Source of the DNA: Patescibacteria group bacterium
GTDB lineage: Bacteria; Patescibacteriota; Dojkabacteria; GCA-002793355
DNA: 64,000 bases
Reading direction: 5' to 3'
Assembly: GCA_016860985.1 (NCBI GenBank)
Contig: BOKM01000001.1
Span: 789,857-853,856 of the forward strand
Positions 45,685 to 56,800 of this stretch are shown here, piece after piece. The translations under genes were made by a program, and so were the position numbers. Within the stretch, counting starts at the first letter, position 1. Every line of letters begins with the position of its first letter. The notes under the pieces were generated by a model that made no database searches, had not been told where the DNA came from, and saw only the letters and a list, made by a program, of their open reading frames with translations.

Positions 45685-46981
45685 GATATTGTTGTGCGAT
45701 AGTATCTACGCTGTACTGATTGATATTTGGGTATAGTTCTTTTTTTCTCAGAAAGGCAGCTTGAATTGCCGTATGAATGCTATCAACTTCAGTATTAGTA
45801 ACATAAATAGCAGATTTACCACCGAGGTACCTAAATATGGGTATATCCGCAAGAATGAGGGGGAGTCGTGCTTGCATCGCTTCAATTATGGTTATACCAA
45901 AAGATTCAGCTTTAGAAAGTGAAATAAATGCATCTGCGGCTGCAAATGCTAAACCTTTTTCTTTTCCAACGAGTTGTCCGACAAAATAGACTTTTGTTTT
46001 ATCATTTAAATATGACTTAACTGTGTTTTTTGCTTCGTTAAGATAAGGACCGTCACCTGCAATAACGAGCACATATTCTCTACCGTAGTTCTTGTCAGAA
46101 AGTATGGCGTCTAGTAAATAATGTATCCCTTTCTCCTTACTTACGCGACCAATGGATAATAGAATTTTCTTGTTCTCCGAAATTCCGTTCAGCTTTTTCC
46201 AGCTTGTAATCTCGTCTTCTCCTTGTGGGAATATGAGTGTTTCTACAGCTGGGGGGATTATCGAAACGTTCTTTCCGAAAAGACTCTTAAAAATCTCTGT
46301 TTCGAGTACAATTTTGTTCGCCTGATTTATACTTATTTTCCCAAGTGTTAGGTCATAAAATGTCGTTATCCACCGTGGGAAGTTTGGCGTACCATTATAC
46401 TGGGGAGAGAATATAATCGGTGCTTTAATCGCGGAAGAAAGCTTTCTAAGTGCGGGAATCCAACTAGTCGAATACCCATAGGTAAAGGTGTGAATGAGGT
46501 CGTATTTTTTTGTTAAATCCTTCATAAAAATGAGTGGATAAACAATTGTTAGTGCATCTTTTCCAAACAATCTAATAGCTTGAAGGCGAATGACACGCAC
46601 GTTGTTTATCCTCTCCTCTCCTTGGTCGTAGGTATCAGAACTATTTGTATCTTTAAAAAATGAACAATATACCGTTACTGAATGTCCACAATTAACAAGA
46701 AATTCAGCGAATTGTTTTAGAAAAGATTCATTCCCTCCAATTGCAGGGTAATATCTGTTTGTTATTAACGCAATATTCACTCTTGTAGAAATATCAGCTG
46801 AATGGTACATTCTATCATGAAATTCGATTATGGTGTGGTTACGCCCTTTCCAAACAATGAAAAGCGTAAGCAAGGAGGAGCAGCGCGGTTTATTAAGCAG
46901 ATTGTTCAACATTTTGAAGGAATACGAGGAAAAATTTATTCGGAGCAACTCCCAGATGAAAGAATTGAGGTCCTCGATCAC
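45647..46981 (-). CDS. GT4 glycosyltransferase (likely true start near 46810, MYHSADISTRVNIALIT)
   Basis: GT4 N-terminal ALITNRYYPAIGGNE and C-terminal EAMQARLPLILADIP; the longest ORF overextends into the divergent gene. Confidence 0.7.
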   Translation of the reverse strand: MIEDLNSFIWELLRINFSSYSFKMLNNLLNKPRCSSLLTLFIVWKGRNHTIIEFHDRMYHSADISTRVNIALITNRYYPAIGGNESFLKQFAEFLVNCGHSVTVYCSFFKDTNSSDTYDQGEERINNVRVIRLQAIRLFGKDALTIVYPLIFMKDLTKKYDLIHTFTYGYSTSWIPALRKLSSAIKAPIIFSPQYNGTPNFPRWITTFYDLTLGKISINQANKIVLETEIFKSLFGKNVSIIPPAVETLIFPQGEDEITSWKKLNGISENKKILLSIGRVSKEKGIHYLLDAILSDKNYGREYVLVIAGDGPYLNEAKNTVKSYLNDKTKVYFVGQLVGKEKGLAFAAADAFISLSKAESFGITIIEAMQARLPLILADIPIFRYLGGKSAIYVTNTEVDSIHTAIQAAFLRKKELYPNINQYSVDTIAQQYLSLYSEVVGESR

Positions 46982-48004
46982 TACGAAGTTGTTCCGAGTT
47001 GGAAAAAATCGGGATTTGCACCCTTTAAAGAGGTAATAGAAGATATTGATCGAGAAAAAATTTCAAAACTATTAGTAAATTTTGAGTTCGGAGCATACGG
47101 CGGTATTGTTGGGATTATTTGGCTCCTGTTCTTCTACCTTGGCTTGCGAATAAAGAGAGTGAGAATTGTAACGATTTTCCATCCTGCGGTGCTTACTTAT
47201 GCTGAAATGGTCGGAATAGCGGACCACTTAGGGAAAAACAAGCATTCTCTGTCACTCTTTATTTATGCGATTGGCATGAGATTCTATGCACTATTACTAA
47301 GTTTACTTTCAAGCAAAATCGTCACATTTGAAGAGGAATTCGGCCAGAGGTTAGAACGTCTTGGGGTTCCAAAGAAAAAAATTTCGGTTATTCCGCACCA
47401 AATTTATGGAAAGGCATCACAAAGCACTTTTCCGAAGGGAAAGCTATCATTATTGTTCTTTGGCTTCTTGGTACCTTACAAAGGTTTAGACCTTTTGCTC
47501 GATGCGTATGGATGTGTAGATAAGCAAAAAATTTCTCTCACCGTTGTTGGAGGGAAGAGTCCAAATGCAATGAATGATTCTTACTACGATTACATTACCA
47601 AAAGGATGGCACATGAGGAGGTCGATTACGTTGATTATGTACCAGATGATGAGATTCCAAAATATTTTAGAAATGCTCATCTCCTAATTCTACCGTATAA
47701 AAATCTTATGGCTTCGAGCGGTCCTCTCGCTTGGGCAATCGGTGAAGGGCGTCCCTTTTTGATGTCATCAAACCTTAAGGCATATCTTCAGAATGTGGAT
47801 TTTATAGAAGCGATGAAATTTAATAAGGTCAGCTCAAACGATATTTTGTTCGAATTTGATTCAAATAGTCTGGCGAAAAAACTTGATTTTTACGCTGATA
47901 ATAGGGAAAAGCTTGAGGCGCTTCAGGATGTGTCGTTTAAGTTGCAGGTGTTTCGTTCATCAGAGTTAACTGCGCGCAGGTATAAGCAGTTATTGTTTTC
48001 TTAG
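46802..48004 (+). CDS. GT4-like glycosyltransferase
   Basis: LLFFGFLVPYKGLDLLLDAY ... LTVVGG C-terminal GT-B signature. Confidence 0.6.
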   Translation: MVHSIMKFDYGVVTPFPNNEKRKQGGAARFIKQIVQHFEGIRGKIYSEQLPDERIEVLDHYEVVPSWKKSGFAPFKEVIEDIDREKISKLLVNFEFGAYGGIVGIIWLLFFYLGLRIKRVRIVTIFHPAVLTYAEMVGIADHLGKNKHSLSLFIYAIGMRFYALLLSLLSSKIVTFEEEFGQRLERLGVPKKKISVIPHQIYGKASQSTFPKGKLSLLFFGFLVPYKGLDLLLDAYGCVDKQKISLTVVGGKSPNAMNDSYYDYITKRMAHEEVDYVDYVPDDEIPKYFRNAHLLILPYKNLMASSGPLAWAIGEGRPFLMSSNLKAYLQNVDFIEAMKFNKVSSNDILFEFDSNSLAKKLDFYADNREKLEALQDVSFKLQVFRSSELTARRYKQLLFS

Positions 48005-49564
48005 ATAGACGGTAAAGTAGTCCTTTTCTGCATACAGCTCGTACGTAGTTGTAATACAATTCGGTATAGGAAAGTCTTGATATTTTTCGATGACAAGGTA
48101 GTCGATTTCTGCTTTGCAAGGATCTTTACTTAGGTCTTTGTATCTCTTTGTGTCTTTGCCTGCAGATGCGCCGTCTAATATATGGGCTCTCGTCATGTAG
48201 ACGACGAGAGATGAGCCATAGTATCCCCATGGATAGCGACGAAAATAAGTGGTTTGTGGTTCAGGTATCACAAGCACGGTGGATTGAGCGCTTAGGTCTG
48301 AGTAAAAAAGCTCGTAGGATTTTGGAATATTGTGTGCACTGAATCCACTTGCCAATTTCCCTGTATACCAGGGAAAGGCCGTAAATGCTAATACTGTCGT
48401 CAGGGCAACGGCAAGAAGAGGTTTATTGAAAATGCGCGTCACAGTCAGGCTTCCAAGTATTAGCGTGGGAACCCATAGGAGAAGCCATAATTTTGTTGAT
48501 GCTGACCTAAAAAGTACTCCGACAACTGGAATATTGAGTAGTAATGATATACCAAACGTACTGAGAAGCATTGACGCAACAATTAACAAAATCCCCCACT
48601 TCTTCTCAAATTTTAGGTTCGTTGCTATATATGTCAATAAGAGAAATACCTGGACAATAATGAGATAGATATTGTTTCTAAATGTATGAGCCCAAGGTAG
48701 AAGATAGTTTGTTTTTTCATCAAAGAGCGCAAGCCAGCCCGTTGCAAATCGTAATGCGTTTGTGATTGAAGCATTTTGCAATTCACTTCGCTGTAAATCC
48801 GTAGTAAGTTGTGACATTATGGGGGATTGGTTTAATTCTACAAGATGGTGGTAGAGCTCAGTAGTTACAGTGACCCGATTTGATGTCAGTAATATTCCAG
48901 CTTGCAGCAATAATAGAAATATAACATTCAGGTATAGGCTCTTTTTGATTATATTTTTTGCCTGCATTGGTGTCTGCAGAATTGCGAGGAAAGTGCAGAG
49001 TATTACTCCTACTCCATAAACTACTATGTTAACAGCTGACGAAAACAGCATGGGTACGAGAATCACTGAGAATAATGCGATTTCGGTGGCACTTCGTTTC
49101 TCTGTGGGTGGCCGCAGAAATTCTTGGATTATAAAAGGTGCTGCAGTAAACATACTCATAAACATGAGCTCATGTGTAGAAAAAACCCACAAAGGTATAA
49201 GGCTGCCGAAAAAAATGAACACAAATGCAAAAACACTGACCTTTCCTGGGTACATCTTATTCACTAAACAATACCAACCTAGTAGGGAAATGAATAAGTA
49301 ACCATAAACGTACAGCGTGGATATCAATGAAGCAGAAAATCCCACAACTCGTAACAAGTAAAACCACCAAGCAAAAAGCAACGGTCCAAACCCAAAGAAA
49401 TTTTGGCTATGTTTGATTTGTTCTAGAATTGGAGAGATTCCCCAAAAAGGAGATAAGTTGTCGATTCCGACATAGACATTGCCTAGTTTGTGATTGATTC
49501 CACCAAAAAAAAGAGTGATTACAATAAATATAACCCAAGGATGCTTTTTCAGGTATGCAAACAT
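47990..49564 (-). CDS. polytopic membrane protein (GT-C fold glycosyltransferase/polymerase candidate)
   Basis: At least 10 TM helices; immediately follows a DPM1-like GT2 in the same orientation (GtrB-GtrC-like arrangement). Confidence 0.4.
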   Translation of the reverse strand: MFAYLKKHPWVIFIVITLFFGGINHKLGNVYVGIDNLSPFWGISPILEQIKHSQNFFGFGPLLFAWWFYLLRVVGFSASLISTLYVYGYLFISLLGWYCLVNKMYPGKVSVFAFVFIFFGSLIPLWVFSTHELMFMSMFTAAPFIIQEFLRPPTEKRSATEIALFSVILVPMLFSSAVNIVVYGVGVILCTFLAILQTPMQAKNIIKKSLYLNVIFLLLLQAGILLTSNRVTVTTELYHHLVELNQSPIMSQLTTDLQRSELQNASITNALRFATGWLALFDEKTNYLLPWAHTFRNNIYLIIVQVFLLLTYIATNLKFEKKWGILLIVASMLLSTFGISLLLNIPVVGVLFRSASTKLWLLLWVPTLILGSLTVTRIFNKPLLAVALTTVLAFTAFPWYTGKLASGFSAHNIPKSYELFYSDLSAQSTVLVIPEPQTTYFRRYPWGYYGSSLVVYMTRAHILDGASAGKDTKRYKDLSKDPCKAEIDYLVIEKYQDFPIPNCITTTYELYAEKDYFTVYLRKQ

Positions 49565-49572
49565 ACCCTATC

Positions 49573-50331
49573 TTATTGCTTTGGTGTACTAAGTGCAACC
49601 AACGGTCTCTTTACATACTGCCCAATTGCCAATGTCCATACTTCACGAACAATTTCGTAACCACTCTTAAAGAACGATAAATGGCTTCCCGCTTGTTGTG
49701 ACCACTCGATTGGCGACTCGAGAATACGCATGTTGTTGTTTCTAAGTGCAAGAATCATATTGGTATCACATGCCCACCCAAAGGTAATAACTTCAGGAAG
49801 CATGGCAAGCACTGCCTCTTTTGTAAACAGTTTTAGCCCACCTTGTGTGTCTTTAAAAGGTACGCCAAAGAGAGTTCTAATAGTTGTGTTGAAGAGACGG
49901 CTAAAAATCTTTCGTTTCCATGGAAGTTCACCAACAAGTACACTGTTTTTTGCATAACGGTTCGCAATAACTGCGTCAGCTTTATTTACAACAATTTTTC
50001 GGTACATTTTCATGACCTCTTGCGCGTTGTAAGAGCCGTCTGCATCGGTAAATCCAATAATTTTCCCCTTTGCTTTTCGTAGACCGAAAACAACAGCACG
50101 TCCTTTTGATTCGGTTGTGCCAATATCGAATACACGAATTTCGTCGGTCTTAAGAATGCTCCTTATCGTTTGTAAGGTGTCAACTGTTCGATCAGTCGTG
50201 TTATTTACCACAACAATAATTTCGAACTTTTTTGAACCGAACCGACGATGAAGTGCGGCGTAGTATTCAAGAAGAGGAAGAATAATCCTCTTCTCCTCGT
50301 TTTTGGCGGGGATAACCAAAGAGAACTTCAT
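49573..50331 (-). CDS. GT2 dolichyl/undecaprenyl-phosphate sugar synthase-like glycosyltransferase (DPM1-like, soluble)
   Basis: MKFSLVIPAKNEEKRI, VVNNTTDRT, DADGS GT2 motifs. Confidence 0.75.
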   Translation of the reverse strand: MKFSLVIPAKNEEKRIILPLLEYYAALHRRFGSKKFEIIVVVNNTTDRTVDTLQTIRSILKTDEIRVFDIGTTESKGRAVVFGLRKAKGKIIGFTDADGSYNAQEVMKMYRKIVVNKADAVIANRYAKNSVLVGELPWKRKIFSRLFNTTIRTLFGVPFKDTQGGLKLFTKEAVLAMLPEVITFGWACDTNMILALRNNNMRILESPIEWSQQAGSHLSFFKSGYEIVREVWTLAIGQYVKRPLVALSTPKQ

Positions 50332-50344
50332 GATTGAAGTACGA

Positions 50345-50587
50345 TTAGTTTACTAAGCCTTTTGTGAATTTTGCTTGAATTGCTTTTGAAGCGCTGGTAA
50401 GAAGAATACCGGCACCGTACATCCCTGCACCAAGCACTAAAGAGGTATCAAGATTGATACCCGTGTCGGTTGGGTTGTGGTATGGACTTGGGGTTCCTTG
50501 TCCATCAGCAAGTACAAGTTGGAAGCCGATTACCATTGCCATTACAGCAAAAGCAACGACTAACTTTTTAGTTGCAGTGTTTTTCAT
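50345..50587 (-). CDS. small two-TM membrane protein
   Basis: 80 aa, hydrophobic. Confidence 0.35.
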   Translation of the reverse strand: MKNTATKKLVVAFAVMAMVIGFQLVLADGQGTPSPYHNPTDTGINLDTSLVLGAGMYGAGILLTSASKAIQAKFTKGLVN

Positions 50588-50634
50588 GCGAATATTATAC
50601 TATAGGTCAGAAGTATTTGCAATACTCTATCTCT

Positions 50635-50663
50635 TTGCGGAAAACGTGGAGATATACTATAAT
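50635..50663 (+). promoter_or_regulatory. sigma70-like promoter (TTGCGG-17-TATAAT) placed so that the transcript of 50669 would be leaderless or nearly so
   Basis: Direct reading; the -10 box ends 5 nt before the ATG. Confidence 0.4.
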
Positions 50664-50668
50664 CTGGC

Positions 50669-51565
50669 ATGAAAATATTCAAACTTTTCTTACTTTCTGC
50701 GCTTGCGCTATTTGTCGGTTTCCTATTGGAATCTCCAGTTTCCGCACAAACAAACGTAAGTTGTAATCCAAACAATTATATTCAAAAAAGCTACGTCGAA
50801 GTGAAGTCAAAACCAAATACAGAGCTTCGTTTATATCATAAAAGTGGTTTCCCAACGAAAATAGTTATCAAAAAGGGCTCCACAGTCGTCTCTACAGTTA
50901 AAATTCCAATGAACTCGGACGAGAAAAAACTTTGGGATGCGCGTCCACCTACCGCAACTGCGGAAACTTACCGTTACGAATTTTACAGATGCAATGTGAA
51001 TTTTTCGACTTGCGGTACTTTTCCTCGATGGATGCCTTCTAATGTAGGAGCTCATGCTGGGACCTGTGGTACAGGATGTGTTGTGGACAGTTTTCCATAC
51101 AACGTTATATCAATCACGGGGCTTGACGACGGAAGTCGCGGAGAAACAGGTGTTGACTTGAGTGAAAGTGGGAATACTTTATTTAGTTATTCGTCCAGAA
51201 AAAAGAATACTGTAGACACGGCTGTGTCTTGTTGGAATGATAATCTAGGCACCGATACAGATTTTAACGACGGCGCTACATACTGGGCATATAAGGCAGT
51301 TACCCCGACTTCTACCCCAACGCCTACTCCAACGGCTACGCCAACACCAACCGCTACTCCGACCCCAACGCCAACAGCAACCCCAACGGCGACCCCGACA
51401 CCGACGGTAACACCAACCCGAACTCCGACAGTTACACATACTCCAGAAGACACAGGCTTTGCGGATGACGTGCTTCTCTACATTGGTGGTGCACTCTACG
51501 TCATTGGTGTGGTAGCTTTTATGGGAGCACGTGTACTCTCAACCAAAAAATACGGGCGAAGGTAA
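50669..51565 (+). CDS. secreted surface protein: signal peptide, Cys-containing globular domain, (Thr-Pro)n linker, C-terminal hydrophobic anchor with basic tail
   Basis: SP ending VSA-QT; TPTPTPTATPTP linker; C-terminus HTPEDTG + 20 hydrophobic residues + KKYGRR resembles a cell-wall sorting signal; a sortase gene is next. Confidence 0.5.
   Translation: MKIFKLFLLSALALFVGFLLESPVSAQTNVSCNPNNYIQKSYVEVKSKPNTELRLYHKSGFPTKIVIKKGSTVVSTVKIPMNSDEKKLWDARPPTATAETYRYEFYRCNVNFSTCGTFPRWMPSNVGAHAGTCGTGCVVDSFPYNVISITGLDDGSRGETGVDLSESGNTLFSYSSRKKNTVDTAVSCWNDNLGTDTDFNDGATYWAYKAVTPTSTPTPTPTATPTPTATPTPTPTATPTATPTPTVTPTRTPTVTHTPEDTGFADDVLLYIGGALYVIGVVAFMGARVLSTKKYGRR
51301..51440 (+). repeat. (ACN-CCN)n Thr-Pro coding microsatellite-like repeat
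   Basis: Direct reading; about 23 Thr/Ala-Pro dipeptide units. Confidence 0.8.
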
Positions 51566-51622
51566 ACTCGTATACATTGCTGAAACAATGTAACACTTGG
51601 TTTGAATTTAGTATAATCAGGT

Positions 51623-52330
51623 ATGCCGTTTGAAATTGTCCAGCAACAACGTACTCTAAAGGACCTTTCCTTTATTCTCTCGTACGTCGGCTTTTTGCTA
51701 ATAACGGCAGGGACGATTCTACTTTTGATTCCTGCCCTCCCGTGGGTTTATTACCGAATAAATGTTGAAGCCACCTCCGACGAAGTTGAAACGCTTACTG
51801 GTTTTATCGGTATTGGTACGATCGTTGGTCCCACACCAACTTTAAAACCTGGACAGACAGTTGTTCCAACTCCAACAGTTACAAAACCACCAAAACCTAC
51901 GTTTAAACTACCTGATTTTGACCCTACCCTCCCGTCAGATAATACGCTTAGAATACCCAAAATTGGGGTAAATGCAGTGTTGCAAGAAGGAACAGATTCT
52001 AAAAAGGCACTGTATCGTGGCGTTTGGCGTGTACCTGAATTTGGCACTCCACTAAAAAATGACAATTCAATTATTCTGGCTGCCCACAGATACGGTTATA
52101 TCGAGTGGTCTTCTACGTTTCGTAAAACCAACTCGTTTGCAAATCTTCCAAATCTAAAAGAAGGTGATACGTTCCAGATCATTTGGAACCAAAGGGCCTT
52201 CGTTTACAAAATCTATAAAATGGAGGAAAGTACTCAACTCTCAGATTACAATGCTGATGTAATCCTCTATACCTGTAAACACCTCAAATCACCGATAAGA
52301 ATTGTTGCCTACGCACAGCGAATTTCATAA
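51623..52330 (+). CDS. sortase-family transpeptidase
   Basis: N-terminal TM; catalytic His in LAAHR, Cys in ILYTC, Arg in SPIRIV. Confidence 0.75.
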   Translation: MPFEIVQQQRTLKDLSFILSYVGFLLITAGTILLLIPALPWVYYRINVEATSDEVETLTGFIGIGTIVGPTPTLKPGQTVVPTPTVTKPPKPTFKLPDFDPTLPSDNTLRIPKIGVNAVLQEGTDSKKALYRGVWRVPEFGTPLKNDNSIILAAHRYGYIEWSSTFRKTNSFANLPNLKEGDTFQIIWNQRAFVYKIYKMEESTQLSDYNADVILYTCKHLKSPIRIVAYAQRIS

Positions 52331-52365
52331 TTGCATTTTTCTAGCTAACTCTTGTATACTGAACC

Positions 52366-53553
52366 ATGAGGCTACGTAAGCGTACGATTATTATTATCTT
52401 TGTTCTTATACTTCTTACTTGTGGCGTTGGTGGTGGAATGTGGCTAAGTGGCGAGATGAATGCTGCGTGGAATAATCCAAAAACGTGGGGAGCAGAGAGT
52501 AAAGTTATACTTCCAACTGAAGCAGTCAATCTTAAAGTTGTTAACCAATTAACCGATATCACGGGTACCAATAAAAAGCAATTCGAATTCGAAACTGAGT
52601 ATTGTTACCTCTATGCGATCGAACCTGCCATGGATGATCAAAGCGCTACACTAAAGTGTAGTTTGCTGCCAATGTACTATATTGATCGAGCAAAAGAAGT
52701 ACCTAACGATTGGCAAGAAAAGTCAGATATACAGTTGATTGTACATAGAAATGACAAAGAGCCGGTTGCTTTTCTTGGTAGACAGGACTTGTCGTTTGAT
52801 TCCGTGCGAAGCCTTGGAACAGATAAATACCCAGTTAAGATGAAAATTGTGGGTGAATATACTTACCCAGAAGAAACACTAAGTGCCAAACTGCAACACT
52901 ACCTTACAACCAGAACTGGCGCGAAGCAATCGGTTTCTGCTGAAGTCACCGAATTTTCGGTTGAAAGGCTTGATAATCCATACCCTCCAAAAGTTAAAGA
53001 ATATGCAAAAAATTGGCTCACAGAGGTTAAGAAGTCACTCACCGATAAATATGTGCAGCAATCACTCATTAAAAAAGAATCGACAGAATTTTTACGCACA
53101 GCACATGGATTGTTTAACCAATTTAGAGTGAGATGTACGAAACTCGAGACCTGTGTAGAAGAATACGAAACAAACCCTGCGAGCAATTTCGCATTTATGT
53201 TATATGGTGCCGAAAGATGGAATCGTGACTTGTTTTTGAGTAGTGTAAAAGCGATGAAAGCAGATCTGTTTCCCTTCACAGGAGCTGTGGAACGGCCAAA
53301 CCCTGCTGATTATGAATCTGAAGATTCTTCCCCTTGGAAAGTATTTTCTGCATACGAGTTCCCTGTTTGCCCTGTAAACGATTTGATTACCGGTAAAAAG
53401 AGCGAAAGTTTCAAAATACTTGAGACCTACCTTTCCAAAGAAAAAGCTTTTGAGAATTCACCGCTTAGTTTAAGCGAACTTACGACACTACTCTCAACTG
53501 AGCAGTACAGTTATAAGTTCTTAACACAAGAACGAACTGCGAATGGTGCGTGA
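52366..53553 (+). CDS. secreted/membrane-anchored hypothetical protein
   Basis: N-terminal TM/signal, no known motifs. Confidence 0.4.
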   Translation: MRLRKRTIIIIFVLILLTCGVGGGMWLSGEMNAAWNNPKTWGAESKVILPTEAVNLKVVNQLTDITGTNKKQFEFETEYCYLYAIEPAMDDQSATLKCSLLPMYYIDRAKEVPNDWQEKSDIQLIVHRNDKEPVAFLGRQDLSFDSVRSLGTDKYPVKMKIVGEYTYPEETLSAKLQHYLTTRTGAKQSVSAEVTEFSVERLDNPYPPKVKEYAKNWLTEVKKSLTDKYVQQSLIKKESTEFLRTAHGLFNQFRVRCTKLETCVEEYETNPASNFAFMLYGAERWNRDLFLSSVKAMKADLFPFTGAVERPNPADYESEDSSPWKVFSAYEFPVCPVNDLITGKKSESFKILETYLSKEKAFENSPLSLSELTTLLSTEQYSYKFLTQERTANGA

Positions 53554-53598
53554 GAAGTTGAAAAGATATTCGCAATTAACGAGGCCTGTGAGCGATCA

Positions 53599-53898
53599 AT
53601 GGAAGGTGAAACACAAGCTCATCTTGAGTTACGGAAAAAGGTGATTGGTGCCTTTTACGCAATGCTTTCGCAGTACATTGGTAAAGAAGTAACGGGAACA
53701 ACAGAGAATCTAGAAGAGCTTATTTACGAGGGGAATGCATATTCGCCTTATACTAACCGCTTCCTTTCAGATTATGATGTATCTCGTTTTCGGGAAACGG
53801 GAATCCAAACAAACGAAGAAGCTGCCAAAGTATATACGGAATGGAAGTCAGTTCTGGCCAGTTACATAATTCTCTACTTGTATGATGCACGTGAATAA
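53599..53898 (+). CDS. hypothetical protein (99 aa)
   Basis: ORF only. Confidence 0.3.
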   Translation: MEGETQAHLELRKKVIGAFYAMLSQYIGKEVTGTTENLEELIYEGNAYSPYTNRFLSDYDVSRFRETGIQTNEEAAKVYTEWKSVLASYIILYLYDARE

Positions 53899-56800
53899 GA
53901 AATTTTTTGCTTTATTGTTTGTTATTGGTGTTTTTCTTTCTTCGATTCTCTTTAGTGTAGTGTCCCCTGTGTCTGCTCTTGAGTGTAAGAAATACGGTTC
54001 TGTATGTGGTTTTACGGGGTGGTCTTCTAATCCAAAACCTTGTAGCCAAGGCGATAGCGGAGCAAAATATCTCTGTTGTTTTTGGACAAACTACCCTGGA
54101 ACAAACTGTGCCTCAGTTGGACCAAGCAAATGCGCATGTGGTAACTCTTACTACGTGTGTGGAGGTGGAGGTGGCGGCGGTGGCGGGAATCCTACACCAA
54201 CACCATGTTCTTGTTCTCCACGTGGTTGTAATCCGGGTAGGCCAACTACAAAGTTTATGACTACTTCGGTTGGCAATGGAACAGGTAAATCATGTAACGA
54301 CCCCTGTAACCCAAGCACGTACAATTGTGATCCGGTAAGTGTAAATACTAAACCCTCATGTTCAATCGCGCCAGCATCAATTTCTATGACAAGAGAGGAT
54401 AATCCTCGCCAAATCAACTTCACCGCAGTCGATGCTGATTATGGTGATACAGTGCAAATTACAAAGGTTAAGGTCGTTGATACTGCGGGTAACCTAAAGT
54501 CGTGTGTTAATGTAAACACACTCGGAGGTGGCGGTATAGAAAATTTGACGGTCAAAGCCGGCTCGAATAACGCCGGAGCAACTTCTCAAACCACGGGACT
54601 ACTTGTTGATGCTCGATCTGCTCATGGAGTATACGATAACGTTGGAGGGCAATCGATTTGTAGTGGTTTTATTGATATTGAAATTCGCGATGTAGACTCT
54701 GATGGTGGTGGACCTGATGTCTCTGATTTTGCCTCTTGCCGAGTTGCAATTTCGGTTACTAATCAAGCACCTACACTTTCTGATGTCAAAATAATTGACC
54801 AAGATGTAATGACCACCGTTCGGGATTCAGGGAATAATGGTAACTTACTCGATGGGCGTGGCCAGGTAAATATGGGGTCTCCTCTTACGACGCAATCTAA
54901 AGCAAGGGCTTCTGTATGTGCAGAACCACTCGCTATTCTCGATCCAATAAAATGCCCAGGTGGTGGAGAAAGATACGAAGCAGGTATGAGCTCCCGTCGC
55001 AATCCTATTCAGGTGGAGTTTACGGTAAAAGACGCAAATGGTTTAGACGATATTTTACAAGCAGGGCTCTGGATTCAACGTACCGCGCAAGACGCAAATG
55101 ATATTGCCTTACCACTTGCGAATGTGGGGAGTAAGATTCGTAACAGTATTCAGGTGATGTATTCCGAAAAGCGAGATGAGCAAGTAGTAGCTGGAGTTAA
55201 TCGATGGAATCTTGTCTCTCGTGCTTGTCTTACTCCTCCATGTGGTCCAACGAGCTTGCAGTCGAGTTCGAACCAAATCTTTTCTGCGCTTGCACACATT
55301 CCAGCGTTAGGTGCCTATGTCGGGCAAAATGGAGTTATTAAGCACGGAGATACGCAATGGGCAAGTCAAAAAAGTTGGCATAGCGAGGGCTTTCCTGACT
55401 GTTTGTTTAAACCTTCAGGTTGTGCAAATACCAATGTTCCTGATAATGCAAAGACACAAGCAACGGCAGCGGTAAATACACTGGCTAATTATGAATGGGC
55501 AGTTGCTGCAGACCAAAATCATCTGATTTGTTTTGCAAATAATTCTCTCGTCCCTTCAGTTATCACTTCTTCTATTCCGACCACATGTCCTGTTACATGT
55601 GCTGCCTGTGCAAAAAAGGAGGGAGTTGAGTTGGTTGCGGGTGACCCAACGGCGATGCGCTTTAAGTTTGGAATCTACTTTAACGATTTAGATGGCGGAC
55701 AAGGCATGCCCGAAGGCTCGTACTCAATATTTGTTAGCGCACTAGATAAGGTTGCAGCGCCTCTCTACAGTGTTACTGGCAAAGGAGCGGATGGTTGGCT
55801 AAAGTTCAACCGGAATGGTGCCCCTTGCACTGGAGCAAATTGTGCTGCGGGAACTGGCTTTACTCTTCTATATGACTCTACTCCACCGTCAATTGATTCG
55901 AATATTGGGTGGACTTCTACTTCTGGTACTGTAGAAGCAAATGTGAAATTCACCGATGGTAGCGGTTCAGGTATTGGTGGAGTAACCAATATGTTTATGG
56001 TCCGACAAGAGATGTTAGACGGTGAGCCTTTGGGAGATCGCCAATGGGCAACGAATAGCAATGGGCAGCCCTTTAACGGTATGAACGAACGGCAAAACCT
56101 CGCTTCCTCTGCTGTTACGTATAAATTAGTGGGAACTGGATTACAAGGCGGTGAAGACATTGTAACAGGGCTTTGTGCCTACGATCGTGCGGGGAATATG
56201 ACGTGTGGAAGAAACGGAACACCGTATGTCTTTCTTGCTCCATGGCTTAAGACCTCATACGGAGATATCTTTAGTGCCAAAGGCGGAGCCACACCATTTG
56301 CACAAACTCTACCCAATAATGACGCTACTGTAAAAGACAACACACGCAATCTGTATGCACCCTTTACAGAACAAATGTTTACAGTTGGAACAGGATTACT
56401 CATGACTGGCGGTGTATCAGGGCAAGGGATTGGAATCTCGGGTGGATACGTGATCAATCCAACTACCAATGCCCAGATTGGGTTTAAGAATTATTATCGT
56501 ACAGGTGCTTCTTCTTATAATGTTTTTGGGCATACACCATTCTTAGTGGGAAATGAATTTGAAAGACTACGTGCAATTGGTATTTCTAACTGTTCTTACC
56601 TTAATACGATTAACAATACGAACTGCCAAACAAATGGTTCTATCGATTCGATCGGAGCAGCTCCGTACAACATGATTTATGTCGAAAGTGCAACCGTCAC
56701 CAACTTAATCTGTAAAAATGCGAACGTAATCTTTGTAACTGGCGCATTGACAGTTAACGGTAGTATAACGAAGGATACGACAACCCAAAGTGGGTGTATG

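Noticed and set aside
46802-46981. 180-nt head-to-head overlap of the divergent GT4 genes
   Set aside because: This is an artefact of longest-ORF extension. The GT4 N-terminal signature of the minus gene begins at the internal Met near 46810, and the plus gene has alternative Mets at 46802/46817. The real genes likely do not overlap substantially.
50669-51565. PEP-CTERM/exosortase substrate interpretation of the TPEDTG C-terminus
   Set aside because: The motif is PED rather than PEP, and the adjacent gene is a Cys-transpeptidase sortase rather than an exosortase, so the sortase-substrate interpretation is preferred.
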